A stretch of 50,345 nucleotides of DNA from Microbacterium sp. (GCF_049661145.1 NZ_JBASZT010000336.1:1-50345); one strand, 5' to 3'; shown: positions 20,657 through 30,037, counted from the first letter of the stretch. Numbers and translations are program-made. Notes: generated from the sequence alone by a model not told the origin.

Positions 20657-22395
20657 ACCTGCTCGAGGCGCTGCCCGACGCGCCGTTCAGCGCCGAGCAA
20701 CAGGCGTGGCTCTCCGGCTTCTTCGCCGGCATGGCCGCCGCCCGCAACGAGGACCCGACAAAGGGCACGACGGCCACGCTCACCGTCGACGTGCTCTTCG
20801 GCAGCCAGACCGGCACGAGCGAGTTCCTCGCCGAGGACCTCGCCGCCGCGGCTCGTGCGCGCGGCATGGCGGTCACGCTCCGCGCGCTCGACGACGTTGC
20901 TCTCGACACGCTTCCCGGAATGGGGCGCGTGCTCGTCGTGACGTCCACGTACGGCGAGGGGGAGATGCCGGACAACGCCGAGCTGTTCTGGGAGGCGCTG
21001 GCCGCCGACGCTGCGCCCCGCCTCGACGGCGTCCGCTTCGCGGTGCTCGCGCTCGGCGACAGCGGCTACGACGACTTCTGCCAGGCGGGAAAGCTCCTCG
21101 ATCTGCGGTTCGAGCAGCTCGGTGGCACCCGCATGCTGCCGCGCGTCGACTGCGACGTGGATTACGACGAGGCCGCGAACGCGTGGATCGCCGACGTCGT
21201 GGGCCTGCTCGCGGCGGAGGCGCCGGCATCCGTTTCGGCGTCGGCCTCTGCGTCTGCGCCGGGCGCGGCGCCGGCGAGGCAACGGCCGAAGTGGAGCCGC
21301 AGGTCGCCCTACCCCTCGCGGCTCGCCGTGAACCGGGTGGTGTCGGGCGAGGGGAGTGCGAAGGAGATCCGGCACTTCGAGCTGGCACTCGGTGACAGCG
21401 GCATCGAGTATCAGGCCGGCGACGCGCTCGCGGTCGTGCCGCGCAACGATCCCGCGCTCGTAGGGCTGCTCCTGGAGCGTCTGGCGCTCGACCCCGAGAC
21501 CGAGGTCGGCGGCGCGACCCTGCGCGTACAGCTGGCGCACGGCTGGGAGATCTCGACCCCTTCCAAGGAGCTGGTGGCGCTGCTCGCCGAACGCGCTCCC
21601 CGCAACGAGTTGGCCGACCTGTTCACGCGTGCCGAGCGCGAACCGCTCGATTCGTGGCTGTGGGGCAAAGACACCCTCGACCTGCTGCACGGGGCGCCCG
21701 ACGTCCGCCTCGACGCGGATGACCTCGCGGCCGTGTTCCGACCGCTGCAGCACCGCGCCTACTCGATCTCGTCGAGCCCGCTGCACAGCCCTGATCGCAT
21801 CCACTTGACCGTCGCGGCCGTGCGGCATGGTGGTCCTCGCGTGCACCACGGGGTGTGTTCGACGTTCCTCGCCGACCGCGTCGGCGAGGATGACCCGGTC
21901 GGGATCTTCCTGCAGCCGAACGCCGCGTTCCGGCCACCCGCCGACGACGCCGCGCCGGTCGTGATGATCGGACCCGGCACCGGCATCGCGCCGTTCCGAG
22001 GATTCCTGCAGGAGCGTGCGGCGCGCGGAGCGACCGGGCGCAACTGGCTTTTCTTCGGCGACCAGCATCGGGCTTGCGACTTCATCTACGCCGACGAGAT
22101 CGAGGACTTCTCCGCGCGCGGCGTGCTCACGAGGCTTGACCTCGCCTTCTCACGCGACCAGCAGGAGAAGGTCTACGTCCAGACCCGCATGAGGGCGCAG
22201 GGGTCCGAGTTGTACTCGTGGCTGGAGGACGGCGGCTACGTGTACGTGTGCGGCGATGCATCGCGCATGGCCCGCGACGTCGAGCGCGCACTCCTCGATG
22301 TCGTGGCAGCCCAGCGTGGCCGAGGCGACGACGATGCGGCCGAGTACGTCGCGGGTGTGAAACGTGAAAAGCGCTACGTGAGGGACGTGTACTGA
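20653..22395 (+). CDS. Diflavin (flavodoxin + FAD/NADPH) reductase, CysJ/CPR-like
   Basis: [47 protein letters not shown] and RYVRDVY; GTG start in a GTGA overlap with the gltB-like stop. Confidence 0.92.
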   Translation: MNLLEALPDAPFSAEQQAWLSGFFAGMAAARNEDPTKGTTATLTVDVLFGSQTGTSEFLAEDLAAAARARGMAVTLRALDDVALDTLPGMGRVLVVTSTYGEGEMPDNAELFWEALAADAAPRLDGVRFAVLALGDSGYDDFCQAGKLLDLRFEQLGGTRMLPRVDCDVDYDEAANAWIADVVGLLAAEAPASVSASASASAPGAAPARQRPKWSRRSPYPSRLAVNRVVSGEGSAKEIRHFELALGDSGIEYQAGDALAVVPRNDPALVGLLLERLALDPETEVGGATLRVQLAHGWEISTPSKELVALLAERAPRNELADLFTRAEREPLDSWLWGKDTLDLLHGAPDVRLDADDLAAVFRPLQHRAYSISSSPLHSPDRIHLTVAAVRHGGPRVHHGVCSTFLADRVGEDDPVGIFLQPNAAFRPPADDAAPVVMIGPGTGIAPFRGFLQERAARGATGRNWLFFGDQHRACDFIYADEIEDFSARGVLTRLDLAFSRDQQEKVYVQTRMRAQGSELYSWLEDGGYVYVCGDASRMARDVERALLDVVAAQRGRGDDDAAEYVAGVKREKRYVRDVY

Positions 22396-23309
22396 TGAAT
22401 CCGCACTCCGAGCAGCCCGACGACCCGACATGGGCACGTGATCGTGAGGGCGTGCTCACTTTGCGTCGCATACCGGCATCCGTTTCCGAGGTGACGCGCA
22501 GCCTCGTCCTGCTGGAGCGGCCCGCGGCGGTGACCGACAACGACATCGCACGCATCACCCAGATCGGCGCCTACGCGGCCCCGAGTGCGCCCGGTGGACC
22601 ATTCCGGATCGAGTGCGGCCGGATCTCGGTGCGGATCGACACGGATGCCGTCGCCGGCGCGTTCCTCGCGGATCCGGACCCGCGGGCCGAGCGCGGCGGC
22701 GCATTGCCGGCGCTGCAGTTGCGCGGGCGGGGTGTGCACCCCGTGCATCGCTGTCATGCGCTGGATGACGCGGACCGGCTCGTGCTGGAAGGCCTCACCC
22801 GTGTCGAGGCGGAGCCGGCCGGTGCCCCCGACGTCCGCCTCAGCCGAGCACCGGCCCGCGCGGAGGGCGAGTTACCCGATCAGCTCGAGCGCGTCGACGA
22901 CCTGATCACTCACACGCCACGGAGCGGCGTGTTCATCCCGCACCGTCACATCGAGCCCGGCGTGCTGTTCGGTCTCCTCGAGCATGCCTGCAACGTCGGG
23001 CTGCCGATCGGCATCGCTGTACTGTCGTCGGCCGTGCTGCACGCCGTGCAGGACGTGATCGAGACGGTCTCGCGCACCGGAGGGCTCACTGTCGTCACGA
23101 CTCAAGATGCGATCGTCGAGGTCGCGCTCTACGCCGTGCGGCACTGCATCCTCGTGCGCCTGCACGGGGCTCACGGGCCGACTTCGGTACTCGAACTCTA
23201 CGATGCCGAACTCTCGTGCATCGCACTGATCTCGCAGTTCGGCATCGTCGGTGACCGCACTCACGATGCATGGGAGCATCTCGCCGACTCCCTGCCCGAC
23301 GCCATCTGA
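22395..23309 (+). CDS. Hypothetical protein with a HemS/ChuX-like C-terminal domain
   Basis: TGATG-coupled; LLEHACNVGLPI...VRLHGAHGPTSVLELYDA resembles the HemS pattern VRKPTxDGxVTSLELFDA (from memory of the family). Confidence 0.5.
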   Translation: MNPHSEQPDDPTWARDREGVLTLRRIPASVSEVTRSLVLLERPAAVTDNDIARITQIGAYAAPSAPGGPFRIECGRISVRIDTDAVAGAFLADPDPRAERGGALPALQLRGRGVHPVHRCHALDDADRLVLEGLTRVEAEPAGAPDVRLSRAPARAEGELPDQLERVDDLITHTPRSGVFIPHRHIEPGVLFGLLEHACNVGLPIGIAVLSSAVLHAVQDVIETVSRTGGLTVVTTQDAIVEVALYAVRHCILVRLHGAHGPTSVLELYDAELSCIALISQFGIVGDRTHDAWEHLADSLPDAI

Positions 23310-23357
23310 TCCCGCCCTCCGGTCCCGTCTCGATCGAGCAGGCGGGACCGCGCCGTG

Positions 23358-24320
23358 CTAGGCGATGAGGTCATCGATGATCGCGGCTGCCGCACGCGCG
23401 CCCTGTCCCGCCGCCACGATGAGCTGCTGAGGGCCGGGAGCCACAGCGTCCCCGGCGCCGTACAGGCCTGCGACCGAGGTGCGACCGTCGAGGTCTGCGA
23501 GGAGGAATCCGTCGCTGTCGCACCGCAGGCCGAGGTTCGCGGTGGCGTCGAGCGCGGATCGCCACACGGGCCGGACGAAGCCGCCGCGCACGGGGACGAC
23601 CGCGTCGTCGACGAGCCGGACATGGTCGATCGCGCCCCGGTCTCCTTCGAGAGCGGCGATCGGTCGGGAGTCCACCGTGATGCCGCGGTCGGCGAGATCG
23701 GCGAGCTGTCGGGGAGCAATACTGCCGGCGCCGTTGGTGAACACGGTCAGCCGGTCGGTCCACCGGGTGATGAGCCGTGCCCACCGCGGCAAGTCGGACG
23801 TCTCACCGATCAGGGCGAGCGGGCGGTCACGCAACTCCCACCCGTCGCACAGGGCACAGCTGAACAGCGTCATCCCGTAGAACCCGGTCAGTCCGGGGAT
23901 TGCGGGCAGCATCTCGCGGACGCCGGTCGCGATCAGCACGCGCCCGGTGACGACCTCTTGGGGCGCATCCCGCGCTCGGGCGTGCAGCGATACGACGAAC
24001 GAACCGTCGCCTGATGGTGCGGCAGCGACGGCGATCACTGCCGAGCGATCGAGCACGCGGACGTTCGGATAGGCGGCCAGTTCGACCCGCGCGAGCTTAC
24101 GCAGCTCGAGTGGCGGCACGCCGTCGCGGGTGAGAAAGCCGTGCGAGCGCAGCGTCGCGGCGTTGCGCGGCCGTGCCGCATCGACGAGGACGACGGAGGC
24201 GCGCGCCCTACCCAGATTCAGCGCTGCCGACAGCCCTGCCGGACCGCCGCCGACGACGACGACGTTCGCGTGCAAGGGGGTTCGCCCGCTCAGTAGTACT
24301 GACCGTGCCGGTAGTCCCAC
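23358..24320 (-). CDS. Thioredoxin reductase-like NAD(P)/FAD oxidoreductase (start uncertain, possibly TTG at 24275)
   Basis: VGGGPAGLSAA, IATG, CALCDG (CxxC) and GLYGAGD. Confidence 0.88.
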   Translation of the reverse strand: MGLPARSVLLSGRTPLHANVVVVGGGPAGLSAALNLGRARASVVLVDAARPRNAATLRSHGFLTRDGVPPLELRKLARVELAAYPNVRVLDRSAVIAVAAAPSGDGSFVVSLHARARDAPQEVVTGRVLIATGVREMLPAIPGLTGFYGMTLFSCALCDGWELRDRPLALIGETSDLPRWARLITRWTDRLTVFTNGAGSIAPRQLADLADRGITVDSRPIAALEGDRGAIDHVRLVDDAVVPVRGGFVRPVWRSALDATANLGLRCDSDGFLLADLDGRTSVAGLYGAGDAVAPGPQQLIVAAGQGARAAAAIIDDLIA

Positions 24321-25144
24321 GTCGGGAACCGGGCGGCGAGAGCGGCGACGATGCGATCTTGTGAGAGGCCACCCCGGATGAGGGCTGGTGCGGGGTGGAT
24401 GCCGCGCCTCCCGTGCTGTTCGGGAACGAGCTCACCATCGTCGTCGACGAACGAGACCATGACGCCCTGTTCGTATCTGTTTCCGGTGTCGGGCTGCAGG
24501 GAGCGCACGTAGTCATCAGCCTCGATCACGAGGTCGGCACCGCTCGCAATGCGATCGCCGATGCCGTCGACACGGCCGCGATTGCCCTGAAGCGAAAGTC
24601 TCGCGACATGAGCCAGACTTCCTCGCCCCAGGGCGCGGCAGCGCCACTGGAAATGCTGACCCGAGGGGTTGGCGGAACTGGCGAAGAGGAGCGTGTGATC
24701 TGCGTCCCAGAGTGCCCGGGCGATGCGCTCACCGGGAATGCCGAAGCGCACGACGAAACAACTCGTGGCGCGTTCGTCCATGACGTAGTCCGCTGCGCCG
24801 GGGGGAATGTGCGCGCGACCATGCGGGGTCCACGGCAGGATGCAGCCGAGCAGCACGTCCTGCCGCCAGTGCGCACGGTAGAAGTCCAGAATCTCGTCGG
24901 TCGTCTGGGCGAGCGTGACCAGCTGGTCGAGCGATCCGCACAGCACGACACCGGGTTTGCGGAGCGGCCGGTTCTTGACCTCGAACTTGCGGCGCAGGCC
25001 CTCGGCGTCCGTTGTGACGATGATGTACCCGACTTTGGTGGGGCTGACGACGATCTTTCCACCGGAGCGGAGCAGATCTACGGCTTCGTGCTGGAGGTCG
25101 CCGTTCCATGGGAGGGTCGGGGCGGGGACGGTCCTGTTCGACAT
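24290..25144 (-). CDS. Sua5/YrdC (TsaC)-like paralog carrying a 23-aa in-frame insertion
   Basis: PTKVGY, KNRPLRKP and SSANPSG motifs; ATG at 25144. Confidence 0.85.
   Translation of the reverse strand: MSNRTVPAPTLPWNGDLQHEAVDLLRSGGKIVVSPTKVGYIIVTTDAEGLRRKFEVKNRPLRKPGVVLCGSLDQLVTLAQTTDEILDFYRAHWRQDVLLGCILPWTPHGRAHIPPGAADYVMDERATSCFVVRFGIPGERIARALWDADHTLLFASSANPSGQHFQWRCRALGRGSLAHVARLSLQGNRGRVDGIGDRIASGADLVIEADDYVRSLQPDTGNRYEQGVMVSFVDDDGELVPEQHGRRGIHPAPALIRGGLSQDRIVAALAARFPTWDYRHGQYY
24587..24659 (-). repeat. 69-bp dispersed element, copy 3 (in-frame in the Sua5-like gene)
   Basis: CTGA at 24587-90 and 24656-59, 69 nt apart; ~85% identical to copy 2 by manual alignment. Confidence 0.88.
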
Positions 25145-25219
25145 GGTGTTGTTCCAGGGTGATCGGGGCGGCCGTGAGAGGCCGTGTTGGCTACGACCTC
25201 CCACGGGGCTCTCAGGGAG

Positions 25220-26053
25220 TCAGGCGGGGTTGATGACCCGGCCCCACGTGGACTTGTTGCCCCAGATGTTCTGGCGCAGCCCCTCGAGTTGAAGGATCTG
25301 CGAATGGTCGACGAAGAGGTTGACCTCGTTGCCGTAGTTCTTGACGTACCACTCGAACACGGGGCCGTCGGCCGCCTCGAACATGACGTTCTCCAGCCCC
25401 ACGCCATTGATGATGGATGCTGCGGCGCCCGTGTTCCACTCGGTCACGTTCTCGGTGATGCCCTCTGACTCGATCATGATGATCTCGGCACCGGCATCCA
25501 GCGCTTGCTTCGCCCGATCGATGAGGTCGCCGACGTCCTTCTTGGTCTCGGCCGCGAGTTCCGCCTCGCCGGAGTCTCCTCCGGAGCCGATCTGGATGCC
25601 GAGCTCCGGCTTCGCCTTCAGGCCCGCCTTGACGACCTTCTCGACCAGCCGCAGTAGTCCGGATGTCGGCAGCATGATGAAGCCGGTCGAGATCTCGATG
25701 ACATCGAAACCGGCCTCCTTGGCCTCCTTCAGGTACTGATCGACGGCATCCGGTCCGTAGCGCAGGACCGTTTCGATCCATCCGCCGGAGGACACGTAGG
25801 CGTTGTGCTCGTGGGCGATATCGCTGAACGCGCGCACGTGCTCCGGCGGAACGAGGGCGAACGAACCGCCTGCCCACTTGATGCCGTCGACCCAATTGCC
25901 TGCGACATCGAAGACGTCCTGTAGGTGGCGGGTGCCGAACGTGGCGTAGTACGGGGCCCTGATCTCGGTGATCCCGAACCTCCGCGGCTTCTCCGGCCGG
26001 AAGGCGCGCGGGACGAAGTTGAAGGCGGTGTCGAAGGGGATGGCGTTGCTCAT
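25220..26053 (-). CDS. Phosphosulfolactate synthase (ComA)/HSA32-like protein
   Basis: EKPRRFGITE, DGIKWAGGS, FDVIEISTG, IMIESEG, MFEA and EVNLFVDHSQILQLEGLR. Confidence 0.88.
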   Translation of the reverse strand: MSNAIPFDTAFNFVPRAFRPEKPRRFGITEIRAPYYATFGTRHLQDVFDVAGNWVDGIKWAGGSFALVPPEHVRAFSDIAHEHNAYVSSGGWIETVLRYGPDAVDQYLKEAKEAGFDVIEISTGFIMLPTSGLLRLVEKVVKAGLKAKPELGIQIGSGGDSGEAELAAETKKDVGDLIDRAKQALDAGAEIIMIESEGITENVTEWNTGAAASIINGVGLENVMFEAADGPVFEWYVKNYGNEVNLFVDHSQILQLEGLRQNIWGNKSTWGRVINPA

Positions 26054-26098
26054 GGCGTTTCTGTTCCTTGTTGTTGGTGCGGGTGTTTGTGCGCGGCG

Positions 26099-27475
26099 TC
26101 AGGCGCGGGTGGTGCTGACGCGGGCGAGCGCGTCGGTGAGGTCGGTGACCGCGTGGTCTTCCAGGCCGGCGATGATGTCGGCGATCTCGTCACGCAGCCG
26201 CGGTGTCGTGAACGGCGTCGTGAGCGCGTCGAACTTGCGCCGGGCGCCGTCCCACGAGAGCGGGTTGTCGTGGAAACCTTCGTACGAGCTCTGCACCGAG
26301 CGCAGTACGGTGCCGTCTGCGAGTGTCACGATGAGCTCGGCCGGCATCTCGTCGGGGAAGCGGGCCGAGAACGCGCCGTCCGGGGCGATTCGTACCTTCT
26401 CCATCAGCGCCTGCACGTCGTCCGAGACGATGCGCTCCGGCGCGTACTGGGCCGGGTTGAGCTCGCCGTCCAGCAGGACGACCGCCAGCATCCACGGCAA
26501 GGAGTGGTCCGCCTCCTCCTTCGTGCGGACAGTGCGCTTGTCGCCCTCCTCGCCGCCGCCGATGATCGAATAGGCGACATCGAAGGTGCGCAGGCTCACG
26601 CTCGTGATGGTGGCGGGATCGAATCCCGCCTGGGACCGGACGTCCTGGGCGGCGTCGAGTGCCGACTGGGAGTGGATCTCGGCGTTGTGCTTCTTGATGA
26701 TCGACCGCCGTACCCGCTCCAGGTCCTCGGTCGACCAGTCGATCTCGAACGGCCCCGAAATCGACTCCTTGAAGCCCTTGTTGCCCTCGAAGACCTCTTC
26801 GGGCCCCGTGATCCCGCGTGAGGCGAGCAGCGCGGCGAAGGTGCCTTCCTTCGATACCTGCGGGTAGGCCAGCCCCTTCCAGTGCGAGAGGTTTCCGGTG
26901 CGGGTCACCCGCAGTGCATTGTTGGCTGTGCCCGCGATCGCGATGGCATTCGCGATCTGATCGGCGGGAAGACGCAACGCCTTGGCCGCCGCCGCTGCAG
27001 CTGCGTAGGCGCCCTGCGTCGTGTGGTCGAAGCCGCGAGCACGCACCGGGGCGACGTCGGATAGCCGGGCGTGCACCTGGTAGGCGACGGCGAACGCCGT
27101 CAGCAACTCCCGCCCGCTCGCTCGCACCGACTCGGCCGCGGCGAGCACCGCGCCGAAATTGTCGGAGGGGTGATTGGTCTCGCCCTTGGCGAGATAGGAA
27201 TCCATGAAGTCGAGATAGCGACTCAGCGCGGAGTTGTAGAACGCGGCACGGTCCGGCGCCGTTCGGCCACCACCGATGAGGGTGGATGCCGGCGTGCCGC
27301 CCAGGTCGTCGATGAGCCCCCGGATCGCGACGATCGGTTCGGCATCCAGCGCGCCGATGGCGACGCCCACGGTGTCGAGAACTCGGATCTTCAATTGCTC
27401 GAGCGCATCAACGCTCAGATCCTCAAATTCGGCGGCCGCGGCGAACGCGGCCAGTCGAGAGACTTCTGTGCTCAT
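26099..27475 (-). CDS. MmgE/PrpD family protein
   Basis: SRYLDFMDSY, NHPSDN, GFDHTT, LSHWKG and EEADHSLP. Confidence 0.92.
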   Translation of the reverse strand: MSTEVSRLAAFAAAAEFEDLSVDALEQLKIRVLDTVGVAIGALDAEPIVAIRGLIDDLGGTPASTLIGGGRTAPDRAAFYNSALSRYLDFMDSYLAKGETNHPSDNFGAVLAAAESVRASGRELLTAFAVAYQVHARLSDVAPVRARGFDHTTQGAYAAAAAAAKALRLPADQIANAIAIAGTANNALRVTRTGNLSHWKGLAYPQVSKEGTFAALLASRGITGPEEVFEGNKGFKESISGPFEIDWSTEDLERVRRSIIKKHNAEIHSQSALDAAQDVRSQAGFDPATITSVSLRTFDVAYSIIGGGEEGDKRTVRTKEEADHSLPWMLAVVLLDGELNPAQYAPERIVSDDVQALMEKVRIAPDGAFSARFPDEMPAELIVTLADGTVLRSVQSSYEGFHDNPLSWDGARRKFDALTTPFTTPRLRDEIADIIAGLEDHAVTDLTDALARVSTTRA

Positions 27476-27517
27476 GAGAGCGTCCTTTCCAAAGGAACAG
27501 AGAGAACGCGATATCGC

Positions 27518-27536
27518 TTAGGTTAGGCTAGCCTTA
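27518..27536. promoter_or_regulatory. IdeR/DtxR-type iron box in the divergent promoter
   Basis: TTAGGTTAGGCTAGCCTTA, one mismatch to TWAGGTTAGSCTAACCTWA. Confidence 0.88.
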
Positions 27537-27581
27537 TCAACAAGTAGACGCCTGATTTATCTCGATGTCAAGAGAAAGCTC

Positions 27582-28022
27582 ATGCCCCCGCACATCCTTC
27601 TCGTCGGCGACAGCGCCGATCTTCCCGCGCTCGGCGCGATGCTCCGCGGCCTTTCCGCCGACACGTACGGGCAGGTCTACGTCGAGGTGGCCACCGCGAT
27701 CCAGATCCGCGCCCTGCCGGCTCCGGTGAACGTCTCGGTCACCTGGTTGTGCCGTGACCGCGCCACCAGCGCCCTCGACGTCATCCCCCGCGGCATCGGC
27801 GCGCTGGCCCATCGTGGCGAACTCGCCAGTCGGGCGATCTCGGCCTGGGTCGCGGAGTGGCAACCCTGCGAGCCGCGAGAACCCGCGGTGCTCAGTGACC
27901 CCGACGCGTCCGGCACCCGGGAAGACGACTACGCGTTGTGGATCGGATGCTCGGCCGGCGAACGCATCAGTGACTTCTACCGCAGGCTGCAGCAGTGCCT
28001 CGACGAGCCGCGCCACCCGTGA
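27582..28022 (+). CDS. Stand-alone siderophore-interacting protein (SIP) C-terminal-like domain
   Basis: ILLVGDSADLPAL...VYVEV...VTWLCR resembles SIP LLxGDETALPA; no FAD-binding N-domain. Confidence 0.7.
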   Translation: MPPHILLVGDSADLPALGAMLRGLSADTYGQVYVEVATAIQIRALPAPVNVSVTWLCRDRATSALDVIPRGIGALAHRGELASRAISAWVAEWQPCEPREPAVLSDPDASGTREDDYALWIGCSAGERISDFYRRLQQCLDEPRHP

Positions 28023-28029
28023 TCCCTGC

Positions 28030-28176
28030 GCGCCTGGGGAACCATCCGAAGGTTGCGCTGGAGCGCGCTGTCGAGTCGCCCGTCAGCGCGAGGAACGTCG
28101 TGACCAGCAGCAGGGCGGCGGTGATCGCGGCCGCGAAGCGCGGCCCGCGGGCGTCGATCCTGCCGGCGTCAGGCAT
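28030..28176 (-). pseudogene. Truncated DUF4395-like gene (5' fragment)
   Basis: IDARGPRFAAAITAALLLV N-terminus typical of DUF4395 downstream of a thioredoxin-like gene; the ORF ends after ~70 codons inside the convergent gene; 3' boundary approximate. Confidence 0.6.
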
Positions 28177-28615
28177 GCGCACCCTTTCGTGCGGGCTGCG
28201 TGATGCGACCGAGCTCCAACTCGACGGCGCTCCGGCTCGGCGTGCCGCCGAACCGCGTCTGGATCACGCCGTCGCGGTCGAGGATGAGCGTCGTCGGCGT
28301 CTGCAGCACGTGGAAGTGCTTCGCGATGTCGGGACGATGCGTCAGATCCACGTCGAGGTGCACCACTCCGTCGTGGTCGGCGGCGATCGCGCCGAGGGTG
28401 CGGTGCACGGCGGGGCAGCGCGTGCTCTTTTCGGTGCTGAACTGCAGCAGCGTGGCGCGCTCGCCGAGCGCGGCGGCGCCCAGCCGTTCCGGCTCGACGA
28501 CCTCAGCGGGGTTCTGCCGCCGCGGACGGTTCTGCTGCCAGCGCAGCACGACGCCGAGCCCGACGGTCGCCGCGAGAAGGGCGGCGAGGATGAGGATCGC
28601 GTCCGACAGATTCAC
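28169..28615 (-). CDS. Membrane-anchored thioredoxin-like protein (SxxC variant)
   Basis: N-terminal TM, LLQFSTEKSTRCP and VLQTPTTLILD. Confidence 0.8.
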   Translation of the reverse strand: MNLSDAILILAALLAATVGLGVVLRWQQNRPRRQNPAEVVEPERLGAAALGERATLLQFSTEKSTRCPAVHRTLGAIAADHDGVVHLDVDLTHRPDIAKHFHVLQTPTTLILDRDGVIQTRFGGTPSRSAVELELGRITQPARKGAHA

Positions 28616-28712
28616 AGCCCCTCACAATAGTCGAGCGTCGAGGCGGAAGCGCCGCGTGGCGGGCCGTACGTAACACCGCCGCGTGTCGCAGCTCGCCGGT
28701 AGCCTGGCAGTC

Positions 28713-29540
28713 ATGAGCGCGCACTCGGCATCCGCACCCCTCGTCCCCACTCCGTACGAGGACCTCCTCTCCGAGGTACTGCGTGACGGCGTGCACAAGG
28801 ACGATCGCACCGGCACCGGCACGACGAGCGTGTTCGGGCGGCAGATCCGCTTCGACCTGTCGGCGGGCTTTCCCCTCATCACGACCAAGCGTGTGCACCT
28901 CAAGTCGATCGTCTACGAACTGCTGTGGTTCCTGCGCGGCGAGTCGAACGTGCGCTGGCTGCAGGATCACGGTGTCTCGATCTGGGACGAGTGGGCGGAT
29001 GCCGACGGCGAGCTCGGCCCGGTCTATGGCGTGCAGTGGCGGTCGTGGCCGACGCCCGACGGCCGGCACATCGATCAGATCTCCCAGGTCATCGAACAGA
29101 TCCGCACGAACCCCGACTCACGCCGGCTCATCGTGTCGGCGTGGAACCCCGCCGACATCCCCGACATGGCGCTCGCGCCGTGCCACGCACTGTTCCAGTT
29201 CTACGTCGCGGACGGGCGGCTGTCGTGTCAGCTGTATCAGCGCAGCGCCGACATGTTCCTCGGGGTGCCGTTCAACATCGCGTCGTACGCCCTGCTGACG
29301 CTGATGGTCGCGCAGCAGACCGGCCTGGAGCCCGGCGACTTCGTGTGGACCGGCGGCGACTGCCACGTGTACGACAACCACGTCGAGCAGGTGCGCGAGC
29401 AGCTCTCGCGCGACCCGTACCCGTACCCCACCCTGCGCTTCGCGCGCAAGCCTGACTCGATCTTCGACTACACGTTCGAGGACATCATGCTCGAGGACTA
29501 CCAGCACCACCCGGCCATCCGGGCGGCGGTGGCGGTGTGA
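28713..29540 (+). CDS. thyA: Thymidylate synthase
   Basis: [22 protein letters not shown] and [14 protein letters not shown]. Confidence 0.98.
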   Translation: MSAHSASAPLVPTPYEDLLSEVLRDGVHKDDRTGTGTTSVFGRQIRFDLSAGFPLITTKRVHLKSIVYELLWFLRGESNVRWLQDHGVSIWDEWADADGELGPVYGVQWRSWPTPDGRHIDQISQVIEQIRTNPDSRRLIVSAWNPADIPDMALAPCHALFQFYVADGRLSCQLYQRSADMFLGVPFNIASYALLTLMVAQQTGLEPGDFVWTGGDCHVYDNHVEQVREQLSRDPYPYPTLRFARKPDSIFDYTFEDIMLEDYQHHPAIRAAVAV

Positions 29541-30037
29541 CGTCCCGGCTCGGACTCATCTGGGCGGAGGCGCGCGGCGGGGTCATCGGCAGCGCTGGCG
29601 GCATGCCCTGGCACGTGCCCGAGGACGGGGCGCACTTCCGCGCGGTCACCATGGGGCATCCGGTGATCATGGGGCGGCTCACGTGGGAGTCGTTTCCCCC
29701 GCGCTTCCGGCCCCTGCCGGGCCGGCGCAACATCGTCGTGACTCGGTCCGCCGACTGGTCGGACGACGGTGCGGAGCGTGTCGGCTCCCTCGACGACGCC
29801 CTTGCGCTGGTCGCCGACACGCCGGAAGCCTGGGTGGTCGGCGGCGGCGTGCTGTACGTCGAGGCGATCGGCCGCGCCGACGTGCTGGAGGTGACCGAGC
29901 TCGACCTCGAGGTCGACGGCGACACCTTTGCCCCCGCGCGCGAGGACTGGCGGGTTGCCCGCATCGACCCCGCGGACGGCTGGGCGGTGTCGCGGTCGGG
30001 AGTGCCCTACCGCTTCCTTACCCTCATCCGCCCCTGA
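29537..30037 (+). CDS. folA: Dihydrofolate reductase
   Basis: [24 protein letters not shown] and GDTFAP; coupled to thyA. Confidence 0.96.
   Translation: MTSRLGLIWAEARGGVIGSAGGMPWHVPEDGAHFRAVTMGHPVIMGRLTWESFPPRFRPLPGRRNIVVTRSADWSDDGAERVGSLDDALALVADTPEAWVVGGGVLYVEAIGRADVLEVTELDLEVDGDTFAPAREDWRVARIDPADGWAVSRSGVPYRFLTLIRP

Noticed and set aside
20653..22395. Assimilatory sulfite reductase operon (cysJ)
   Set aside because: No cysI hemoprotein or cysH nearby; the gene is coupled to a GltB-like gene instead
24587..24660. The insert in the Sua5-like gene looks like a GT...AG spliceosomal intron
   Set aside because: GT-to-AG removal takes out 74 nt and frameshifts; the clean unit is 69 nt and is homologous to two other copies; the context is bacterial
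25220..26053. Coenzyme M biosynthesis
   Set aside because: Only a ComA-like gene is present; no downstream comB/C/DE or xcb-type genes in the window
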